Positions 50,201 to 62,200 of a DNA stretch of 64,000 nucleotides are shown here, in pieces. The stretch's first letter is position 1, and the number at the start of each line of letters is the position of its first letter. The notes below the pieces were generated by a model, which was given only the letters and a program-made list of their open reading frames with translations, searched no databases and was not told where the DNA came from. This stretch comes from Carcharhinus longimanus (lineage: Eukaryota). The stretch covers positions 15,538,953-15,602,952 of the forward strand of contig JASCQW010000112.1 in NCBI GenBank assembly GCA_030264375.1, in the 5' to 3' direction. The translations under genes were made by a program, and so were the position numbers.

Positions 50201-53200
50201 TTTTCAATGCACATAAAAGCCAAACTAAAAATGTTTGACCATATAATAATCTAGCTAGAACACAAATCAATACAATTTCAATTGATGAATTTGTGAATGA
50301 CCAAAGACATAAAAGCTTATCAGATAAACCTTCATAATCATGGCTTCATAAATGCAACAACTCGATGAAGATTACATCGTTCCAATTAAAGATTGTGTGA
50401 CTCATGATTGACTGTTTTGCTAGTTAGCTCCAAATGTAATACAATAATCAGAGCTTTATAGTTGATACAATTTTCTATTTAGAATTCAGACGAATTTTAA
50501 GGAAGTAGCTCAGTGGATAAAACTAACCTGTACTAACAAATCTACAAAACATAAAAGTTCACTGAACCAATAAGTGTAATTCCCAAGAAGTCTAAATTAG
50601 ATTAGGATCTACAAAGATAGATTAATTCAGTGATGTAGAACAAAGCAATTGACCGTCACTACTGGATAAAACATCCACTTTGGCTTTTTCCTACACCGAG
50701 GTGTTTTCATTCCCTCAGCACTAACACAATGAAGACATTTAAATCCTAAATACAGGGCCAGTGAACTTTTCTAAATCTGACCATATTTGTGGGCTTTAGA
50801 GTCATGTGAGGAAGTGAATGAGAAAGGAAACACAAATGCTTTTCTGATTTATTTTCAAACTGCTAAAGATCTGGCAGTTCCTCAGCTTCTTTTGAAAGAG
50901 TAGTTCTCTTTCATAACCCTAAACTTCTTGAAACAAAACACAGAATCCCTACAGTGCAGAAGGAGGCCATTCGGCCCATGGAGTCAGCACCAAATCCCAT
51001 CAGAGCCTATTCCTGTAACCCCTCACATTTACCTTGCTAATACCCCTGACACTACCGTTAATTTAGCATGGGCAATCAACCTACCCGCACATCGTTGGGC
51101 TGAGAGAAGAAACTGGAGCACCTGGAGGAAACCCACGCAGTTGGGGGGACAATCCCCTGGGGCTGTTCCCCTCCAAAATAGGTTTTCGGTCCTGGAGGCT
51201 ACAGTTGAGGAGANNNNNNNNNNNNNNNNNNNNNNNNNNNNNNNNNNNNNNNNNNNNNNNNNNNNNNNNNNNNNNNNNNNNNNNNNNNNNNNNNNNNNNN
51301 NNNNNNNNNNNNNTCGGCGCAACATCGTGGGCCGAAGGGCCTGTTCTGCGCTGTAATGTTCTATGTTCTATGTTCTATGATACGGGGAGAGTGGGCAAAC
51401 TCCACACAGTGACCAGAAGCCAGAATTGAACCCAGGTCCCTGGCACTGTAAGGCAGCAGTGCTGACCATTGTGCCGCACAGTGAGCTACTCATACTACAG
51501 AGAATTATCTTCGTGGTACATTTACAAATTGACAGCATAATATTGAAACAACATTGGAATGTCTACTGTTTCCTTTCACAAAAAGTCCACGCTATCTTAA
51601 TGACGCATTGAATCAAATCATTTTCATGGCAAATTAATAGCCGGTATTAGATCAGAAGCTTTACGTTCCCGTGATCAGGGAACTTCAATGCAGCAGGTGC
51701 ACTCTCCTGCTCATATATTCAATTTCTTTCTAGTGACCTTCTGCTTCTGGAAAGGATTCATATTGCCCTTCAAACGCAAAGATTTATGCAGAAATATTAC
51801 ATGGCAAATTGGTTACAGGGAGTACCTCAAACCTCCCCTGCTAAAAGAAAGTTCCAAAGAGGATCACAATTACCCAAGAATCACCCAAATTAAAGACTCC
51901 ATTGATGCCATGCCAGTAATTCCTCTAGAAGCAAGATTTAACCAGCACTCTATTGAATGACAGAACGACACATTGTAATTTGAGCTAAAGAAAGAAGGAG
52001 CTTGCATTTATTTAATTCCTTTACACTTTTAAAAGCACTTCACTGGCTCTGAAGCACTTTGGGCCAAACTGAGGACACGAGTGACTGTTGTAATGTAAAC
52101 ACAGGGACAGTAATTGCCCTCGGCATCGAGAGAGCTCTATTGCAGATGGCACTAAACTAAGGAAACCTACTCTAGCTGAACTCAATTAGGATCAAGAGGC
52201 AAACTCTTTAAAAGATGGATTCATTCACTAATAAAGCAGCCTTCACTTCTAAACATGAAATTGTTTGATTGCTGGTTAGAAAACATTAGCCTTAACATTT
52301 TTGGTACCTTTGTATTAAAACGAGAAGAGGGAGAAAACATTGAATAAAATTTTGTTCTTTCCCATGTAGGTACCACAAGCAATTTATGATTGTACTAAAT
52401 AATAAGCAAAACACAAAGAACCTCATTAGGATTCTTGTAACTGAGCAGAAGATTGGATGCTTTGATGTCCCCGTGCACGTACTCATGGTCATGGATGTAT
52501 TCTAGAATGTCAATCTATCAAAAGGAAACAATTGCAAGTTAAACAGCTTTGAATAGGAGTCATTAGGATCCTCATAGCATTTTGTAACAATTATGTTAAT
52601 ATAAAGTTTCATTCATGCAAAAGAATATCCATCTATATACATATTCAAATTGTATATCTAACACGTGGAACTCTTATTTTTCTTCATAAAACATTAATGG
52701 CTGAACAGTTAAATTAAGTCTAAAATTTGACCACATTTGAATTAGACCAACTGTTATAACAACTTTCTGATGAAGAAGCCACACATCTGAAATACTTACT
52801 AATTCTACAGGAAGGGTTTGTTTTGGACAGCTTGTGATTTTCATATACGTAACAAAAACTGCACATCAATCAAATACACAAAAAGCACAAATGAAGTCTT
52901 CAAATTGAACAAAACATGGTTAATCATCACTGATGAAGGGTTCAGCTTATCCAAGAGTGGCAAGGTTCACCACATGTTAGCACTTCGAAAATAAAATTAA
53001 AACAGATGAAAACTAGAACCTCTGAATCTTCCTCTGCACATCCTGCACTTCACAAACTACCATGCGTGCACTTGTGTGATCATTTGTGGAAGACAGCTCA
53101 AAAAAATAGCTTACTAAAAGCCACTTTCACCTCAGATTATTTTCCTTCTGCGAATACCATGGAAGCAAAACGTGCTTGCTCCAAGTTCCTCTACGCAGCT

Positions 53201-56200
53201 GTGGTACTCTGCTCATTGCTCAGGAAAAACAATGTGCTTGCGATCAAGACAATTTAACTAAACACTTTTGTTTAAATGCTTATGTTCGATAGTGTTTTCC
53301 AAATGTGTCTCTCTCATCAAAACACCTTTGTACAGTAGACAACTGGATTTTGTAATGTCAATTCTCTGTTGCACTTCACTCATGAGCTGACTCACTGATA
53401 TACATAACGTTCAACATAGATGCAACATTAGTCATGCTCTGGACACAGTTGGATGGCCAGCTATAATAATTTGTTAGTCTCCTGCAACTTTTAAAAAATC
53501 TACTAAGCATTGAATCATATCCTTCTTCTTTGACATGCTGTTCAACAAGGATTAATATTCCTCAACAAAAAGGGCATAGCAGCTAAATTTCTTATCTATG
53601 TAACAAATCCATGTTACCATCAAGATGTGCCCATGTTGCCTTGAAATGTTCAGCTACTTAATGTTTTCCACGTACACTTCCTATTTCAATAGCCAGTTTT
53701 AAACTCAAAAAAATCTATGTTTTATGGTGAAAATTTACTTTAGATTGTGTGTCCCACACCAAATATTTCCCTTCCATGACACAATACACTTATCCAATAC
53801 ACTGGCATTTTTACTATGACCTGGATGAAGCCTACCCCAGAGACTGATGGTAGAGTCCCCTGCTGCCAATCCAGCTTTGATCAACCAATGTAGCACAGGT
53901 CAAGAATCAAAGCAGTGGGCCTTGTGGCCCAGCACTGTTACATGATATACTTAACAACCGAGTCAGAGGAGAATTGCTGATAGAGAAATAGTGTGGATAT
54001 CCTTCTCATGCCAACTGTACACATTAGTGAATGACAAGTAAAGAAGGATCATTAAAACTGAGATGGCAAAAAGCTGTAGCGCAGCTTAGCACTAGGCAGA
54101 AAATAAAAACTAAAGGGAAACCATGATTAAGCAATACCAAACTGAAATTTTAAAATCCTTTAGATTGAGAGAATTTTCTCAAAATACCAAAAGAAACAAC
54201 TACAGCAACCGTCATTGTCTCATCCTCATTCTATCTGGTAAATCCCAGGGGGTGGTTAGTGCGAAGCACAAACAATATCAGATTGAAAAGACAACGAAGG
54301 AAAGGCTAATTACACTGTTCAGCTTTATAATAATTTAGATTGTTATAAAATCATTAATAGTGTGAACAACTCATCCAAATAAATTCTCCGAAGCCTAGGG
54401 TATCCAAACTAAAGCCCAAGAGCCACATACGGTGCTTGAACCCTGGCCACCTAGCCCATGAAGCTTTAGTGAAATAGTTTATTTTTGCCATAACACATAT
54501 TAATGTGCAAGATGTTTTTAATTAGACAAAATTAATTTTAAACTATAGTCTACAACTTAGCTTGCAGGGAATGCTTTTATGCAAATTTAATTACAGAAAA
54601 TTAGATTTTAATTTAGAGTTGTGATTGATGTTCTGTACTGCAATTATTTATACGTGGGCAAGAAGCTCCATAGCACATAAATAAGTGGCCCGTGAAGACA
54701 GAACAATTTGAATGCTTATGTCATGTAACTTTGCATTTCTTTTCTTACCTAAAAACTCAGTACTTTTTTTTGCTGGGATCTCTTTCCAAACGCAAGGGTA
54801 TAAAGCTTTGCACCATTCCCAAGTAACCATTATTCAATGTTTGAAGTATCTGATTATAGAAGTGCAACTAAGTGTAGTTACTATATTGCTGTTGAAGCTG
54901 AGATCATCTAACTCAGCACAAGGCGGGAGGTAAAACTTGTTATCTTGCTAAGAGTCTTCCTTTCCAAGTTACCAGATGAATGCTCAGTCTGCAATATTAA
55001 CTTCCAGAAGAACCCAGTCCCAATACCAAAAAATTCCAAGGACCAGAATATTTCCAAAAGGAAGACTGTTTAAAGAAAAGCCATTCCAGGCCAAGTTCAC
55101 ATTGGACAATCAATTCAAGATGAACACTGGCAGAGACCTGGAATTGGCTGAGAAAATAACAATTCCCCAGCAAGAAAACAGCGTCAGCAATTTGGGACAG
55201 CCTAAGCATTTTTACAAAAACATCAGGTTTTCACTGAGACTGAACAAAGATAGATTAAAAATAATTGTCGCCACAATGGCACCTTCTGGATAATAAATAC
55301 TAAAACTCACCAATCGAAGACCCAACTGTAGCACAAATTTCTTCGGGAAAATTTTATGATTTTGCTCAAATATTTTCTGAAGATCAGATCCAAATCGATC
55401 CATTACCATAAATCTATAACTGAATTCAGAAAATCAGTTTAAGCTTAAAATGCATGTTTCTAGCACACATCTGTGATAAGCAGTTCTCGTCAGCAACTTA
55501 ATCTGATCAATTAACATTTTTGCACATTGGCATTAAATTCTTAAAATTATAATCACAAAACTTAGTAAGAATTTGAACTATAACTTGGCATAATGTACAT
55601 GTGCACATTTGCCAGACAAAAAGGATGGAAGATCTTATGAGGTAAGGCTGAGGGACTTAAGGTTGTTTTCATTAGAGAGAAGAGGGTTAAGAGGCGACCT
55701 AATTGAGGCATACAAGATGATCAGAGGGTCAGATAGGGTGGACAGTGAGAGCCTTTTTCCTTGGATGGTGACGGCTAACACGAGGGGACATAGCTTTNNN
55801 NNNNNNNNNNNNNNNNNNNNNNNNNNNNNNNNNNNNNNNNNNNNNNNNNNNNNNNNNNNNNNNNNNNNNNNNNNNNNNNNNNNNNNNNNNNNNNNNNTAG
55901 GTTAGAGGGTCATTAGATTGTTGCACCGACCAGTGGAACCATCGAGGGCCAAAGGGCCTGTACTGCGCTGTAATATTCTATGTTCTAGATAGAAAAGAGG
56001 GAGGAGAAGTCAGGGTATAACAAAGGGCTTTGGTTTCTTGCTAGGAATTTGATAGCGCCACGTCAATTTGTCCGACTGTAATATGATGGACAGTGTGCGG
56101 CCTCATTATTATGTGCCCTGTTGGAAGGACATGGTCTACCAAATTTGAAATAATGGAAAAGCGGGTTTGCATCAGGACAGATACTGAGTCCTCTATTTAC

Positions 56201-59200
56201 ATTTCAAATATAACACCTGTTTGTTGTCCAGTGTGAAGCAGGTTTAGGAAAAGATGGTCTACAAAGAATCATAGAATGACACAACAACATTCAATTTAGC
56301 ATGCCTGTGTTGAACATGCAGCCTAACCAGTGGCCCATAACCAGCTGGAAGGTAACACCTAAAATGCAAGTGTTTAAAAAAATGCTTACCCTGATACAAA
56401 GCCAGGTACCTCACTGGCTGACTGCAGTGTCAAATACCATCAACTCCCTTTCAATCCTTTTCCCCTCTCCCAAGAACTACTGCTACTGATAACGTACTAA
56501 AATAGAACTTCTCATCTGCGAAATGCATTCCCAACAGGTGCCTGGAGCCCTGTCTTCCTAGGAACTGGAGTGTGCCATGACTTGCCCAATAACCAAGTAA
56601 ATGTAACAAACTTAACATTTGAACAGAAGACCCACTACTATATTTACTTACCAGTAAACAGGTAAATTAAAGGTAACAAGAATTTGTAACTATGTATGAA
56701 ACCTCCCTAGGGAATATAAGGAGTATTTTCCTGTGTTAATGCTTAAGTTGAAGATCAAATGGGGGGCTTTGTTATTGACCTGAGTGGGAACAGGCTCAAG
56801 GGATTAACTGGCCTATACCTGTGCCTATGTCCCTACTTACTAGAGTGGCTGGCCTATCCTTATCCTTAATTATTTCTTGTAAGCAGGCAGTTCCAGGTAT
56901 AAATTTTTGAACACACAATAAAACAATGAGATTAAATGTTTTCATAACCTCAAATTCAATTACAGCTGCTAAGTATATATAACAGTATCTACAAGATGCT
57001 GTATTATCTCAATTTTAAGTCATTTAATCCAGTTTTTTTTTAGTGTGATGGTGCTGCAAGAAGAATTTCTCAATTAATTTGACTGATCCCCAAGAAACAG
57101 TTCAGACAGTTTGCAAATGATGTCCCTTTATTCAAATAACAAGACCTGCCTGAATTGTATTTAGTCCCACTGTATCAGTGATTCTCAAACTGGGATCCTT
57201 ACAAATGTTCAACAACCACCTATATGTACACAGCACCCTTAACAATGAAACAGCCCAAGGCATTCACCAGGAACATTATAAAGCAAGTATGATACAGAGT
57301 TATACAAGGAGAAATGTCAGATTATCAAAATCTTGGTCAAAGAGGTAAGTTTTTAAAAAGTGCCTTAAAGAGGGGGAAAATAAGATAGAGAGGTGGCTTT
57401 TTAGAGCCTGGACTGAATCAACTGAAGGCAAATCACCATTCTCCAAGGTCTGGGAAATGGTCAAGCATAATGAGTGGTGGGAAGAGGCAGGCATTCAGAG
57501 TGGTGAGTGGAGGGTAGTCATTGCAGTGGGCTGACTGTCTCGCCTTGGGGAGGTGTCAAAAGCCTCAGAAGGATCACCTAGTGGATTCACAATTACCAGG
57601 ATTGGTGGTGGGTCAGGTGAATTTAGCCTTGTTGACAGAGGATGGTGCTTGATAGGAAATGTTCATCCTGGAGTTCAGTTACTAGTGGTGTATCTCAAGG
57701 ATCTGTTTTGGGGCCACTGCTGTTTGTCATTTTTANNNNNNNNNNNNNNNNNNNNNNNNNNNNNNNNNNNNNNNNNNNNNNNNNNNNNNNNNNNNNNNNN
57801 NNNNNNNNNNNNNNNNNNNNNNNNNNNNNNNNNNNCAATTGGTCTGCATATCTCTTCCAGATAATGTAATTTCTGATCTAGACAGTATAAGAGACAGATC
57901 CAGTCCATGCAAAGATGGCAGGGGAGCACTGAGCCAAAATTCCTTGTCCTTGGTGGAAAGTCCTGTGCTTCAGTGCTTGGACATTGCAGAAGTAATATTT
58001 TGAATATTACTTTCTTATAGGAAGTTCTCAAATTCCTGCGAGACAAATTGAGATATGTTGTCACTTATGAGCTGTTTAGGAAATCTAAAGTGACTAAATA
58101 ATTCTCTTAGCTTCTCAGTTGTCTTTTTAGATGAGATAGATGTCATCATCATGACCTCTGGCCATTTGGTGTGAGCGTCAACCATTCTTCAAAAAATGTT
58201 GTCAAATCCATATTCACACATTGCCAAGCCTCTTTAAGTCATTTATATGGATACAATGATGCTAAGGGAAGTAGGTTTCTTACTTTTGCATAAAAATAAC
58301 ATGGTCTAGCTTTCTTCTCCATGTCCAATCAAGTCCAGACCACCAGAAATAACTTTTTGCTATCTCTTCAGGGTGGAATAATCACTCTAAGCCTTCCTAA
58401 AAGACATCCTGACCGTACTGACAGCACAGTAAGAATTCTCACAACACAAGGTTAAAGTCCAACAAGTTTATTTGGTAGCACAAGCCACAAGCTTTCAGAG
58501 CGCTGCTCCTTCATCAGGCGAGTGGAAGTTCTGATCAACAGAACTGTTCAATAGGACTGTACTTGCCCCAGTCCAGCGCCAGCATCTCCACATCATGTAC
58601 TGATAGCTCCATTCTCTTAGAATAGTAGGGTTTCAGGTCAGGTGTTAGTTCCAAAGTATTTCCTCATATAACCATATCCATCATGTCTGAGAGCATAGTG
58701 TTGCTCTGAGTGTTCTCTCACTTGCCTGGAAGTGATAGGTGTGTTGTCTCCTTGTTCAAAGTAGAAGATATTGTCTGAACAACTGCCTAGATGCTGCAAT
58801 CTTGAAAGTTACAATGTAGTTTTTACCATTGGTATTTCATGGTACACGTGTGTGCAAACAAAAGCAGTGGCCATCTTTGCATTGTATTTGCTGCGAGTGA
58901 CAGAATTTCCATATGTGGTTCAAACTGGTAGTGAGTCAACAACTTAAACTCTTGTCCATGCAGGAATCGATTAAATTCCTTGTCTCTAAAAATGATCCCT
59001 AGTGCTTCCCATTCAATCTGGGCATGGCACTTTCAGCTTTGCTCAAGGTTTTAGGCTCATTGCTTTTGCTTCTTTCTTCACCCAATGGCATGACGTGGGA
59101 GATCGCTACTCCTACACCATAAGCAGATGCACCATAAGCTAACTTTTAAAGAGAAAGTAGAATGCATGAGAGCTGCAGACTCGATGTTTTCTTGGCTCGC

Positions 59201-62200
59201 CTGAAAGTGTTATTGTATTGATCTGATCGACTACTTCCATGTCTTGTTCTGGCACAAGAGATTGTGCAATGGTTTCCGAGATGATGTCCCGATCTCAGTA
59301 CAGCCGGTGTTGCTGGTGTGTTGAGGCTCTGCCCTCGCTGTATGTTGGTGTGAAACTAGCCCCTTTGATTTTTTTTTGGCAGATGTCATAAAGCTTGGAG
59401 AGAAAACCGATCAGTTTTTCTGGAGCGAAACATAACTCATTATTCGCCAGAAACAACACTGTCATTTTTTTTCATAAGATTGTCTTCCAATCTCTCCAAG
59501 TTTTGAAGGTGTTCCTCTTCATCTCTTCCAGTGACTAAGGTGTCATCCAGATCCCAATGGGCTCTCCACAGTCCACTCAGGATCTGATGCATTGTCCTTT
59601 GAAACAATGCAGGAGCAGATGTGATACTGAATGGAAATCTTTGGTCCCGGAGCAGCCTTTGTGAGTTATGATTATCAGCAGTTCCTGTGACTTTTTGTCC
59701 ACATTCATCTGCAAGTAGGCCTGATTCAGGTCAATTTTGCTTAAATTTTGGCCTCCTACCAATCCTGCAGACAACATGAGGTAATGGGTCCTATTCAGCA
59801 CATAACTCTGGATTCATAATAACTTGAATTCTCCGCAAATCCTTACAGATCCACTTTTTTGATGACTGGAACATAGGTGTGGCTCATTCACTGGTGCTGA
59901 TTTTTTTTTTTCACTGGCCGCTACAAGTCCTCTTTTGCAGCACATGGTACAGACCTTATCTTCAAACATTTTGCTTGGGCTTCTGTCATTTATTTTCAGT
60001 TTCACTGTAATGTCCTTCATGGTCCCTAATCATTCATTGAAAACAATGGTAAACTTCTTTCAAATTTTTGTGATCCTCTATTCCTGATCCTGTTGGCTTC
60101 TGTCCAGTTCAGTCAAATCTTCTCCAGCCATGTACAAAGCATCAATGTCAATAGCCTCCCTTCACAGTGTGTAGTGACAAATCTGTTGTTTGTCTACTGA
60201 GATGCACAGCTACTTCAATAAGACCATAAGACACAGGAGCAGAATTAGGCCACTTGGCCCATCGAGTGTGCTCTGCCGTTCAATCATAGCTGATATTTTT
60301 CTCATCCCCATTCTCCTGCCTTTTCCCCATAACCCCTGATCCCCTTATTGATCAAGAACACATCTATCCCATTGCATCCTTCAGAGGAACCACTTCACCC
60401 TGCGTACGGCTTCAGCACTATCCTTGATGGTCTTAATGGAATGTGTTGGAATTTCTCATTGTAGGTAGTTTCTGGTACCAGCAAGAGACTGCTCTTCCAG
60501 CGTTAACTTGCATCCTTATTTGCTGTCCATCCAGTAGTGAAGTGACTTTGTGTAGTAAAAGCAATGGCTAACACACAAAGTGATTGCTCCTCCTCTGGCT
60601 GTGACTCACTTCATTTTTTTCGACTTTTGTACAGCATGGACATTTCTCCATTTGTTTAAGTGCTGCTTTGTTTTGTTCTTCCTTCGTATTTCATAGCTCA
60701 TTTTTTTCTTCCCGCAGGCATGCTCTATATGTCCTTTTTTTCACAGCTTTGACATTCCATCTCTTTACACCAGCATTCATCAGTAGAATTCCCTGGCTTT
60801 GTACACCAATGACATGTACAATCCTCAATGACTTTGGGTGTTGATTCAGCAGACATCTTGCACATTCAAGTGCACAAACTAAATTGCTGGGCTTCCTTTG
60901 GGGCCAGTTCCATAGAAAAATCAATTTCAATGGCCTTGTGCAGAGTAGGATTACTCACTGTTAACAGACGTTTTTGTATTGCTTCACTTCATAGATGAAT
61001 CTGTGTTGAATGGTGTCATTCAGCACATCACCAAACTCACAATATTCTGGTCGCCTTTTAAGCACTGCCATGACTTGCAGGGTTGACTGGCATTCTTTTC
61101 AGTTCCATTTATTAAATCTAAGGTACTCTGCAATCATCAGGGGTTTTGGTGAAAACTGCATGCTGAATGCCCACAATCTGTATGTTTTAGTGCTAGATTT
61201 GCATTACACTATGGAGGAAATTAAAAGTTTTTTTTCCCCGAGATGCTCAAGAAAGCGATCATCATAATATCCTCAGCAATTTGTTTGCCTGTGCAATATA
61301 TATCAAAGTTCTCGGTATATGAGCCTCCATTGTTCCCCATTGCCATCAAAATGCCCAATGATGCCAAAACGCCGACGATTTTTGTCACTTAAGCAGGTTT
61401 CCCGTTTGCACAGTTTGCAACTGTGTTTTCCAGCATCCACCTTGATTTTCTTACACACAAGGTCCCAAATCGAACTTCAACCCCTTATTTATCACAGCCA
61501 GCTTTCTAATCTGCTGGTAGAATATTGTTTACTCATGTCCACCTGGTTGCTCCTCTTCATGACATATTTGAGAGTTTTCCTTTTATTCCAACTTTTTCTT
61601 GGTTAATTTCTTCTTTCCAGGCGGCTAGCAAGCACATGTCCGCTGTCCTCATCACCAGTTTTTTGTGCATTGTATACATGATACACGGGACAGATTTTGG
61701 TTAAAAATGAATGGAGAATTGTTAATGGTGTGTGATCGCTTCCATGGCTGCTTTTTCTTCTGTTTCCTACGCGAGGTCTATTACATCATTTCTGATGCAT
61801 GCATTTATGCAGCATAGTTCCAGTTATCCAGTAGGAATAAATACAAATGCATAACACTAGGAGGACTTCAGTTAGATTCTTAGCGAGTAAGCATTAGGCA
61901 TTTGCCATTGAGTTTTTATGCTAAAGTGCTGCGCAAATGAATATAGAATTAATTTAGTGTTTGTCATTTACATTGACTAAATGGCTCATTAGATGTTTAT
62001 AAAGTATGAAATGAGTGTTATTACAGATGAATCATCATTTGCCAATAGCAAATTTGTGTCGCTTGAAATCTCCCATAGCAAAATTGCATTCACTTTAATT
62101 GGGGCATTAAATCTTTGGAAATCACGAAATATTTTGAATGTAGAGTGTAATACGCCCCTTCTTTTGCAATCTCTGGTTCTTGAATCTTTGACCATGGTGA

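Larger units (their letters stand above)
58060..61660 (-). mobile_element. Decayed Ty3/Gypsy LTR retrotransposon (gag-pol) in a VRK1 intron
   Basis: PBS-like TGGTGATGAGGA (61646-61657); gag with two degenerate zinc knuckles (about 60720-60820); [12 protein letters not shown] and DLDDTLVTG; RNase H GASAYGVG; integrase [25 protein letters not shown]; many stops and frameshifts. Confidence 0.9.

Noticed and set aside
52765-52795. CTGATGA...GAAA spacing resembling another hammerhead
   Set aside because: No convincing stems or cleavage-site context.
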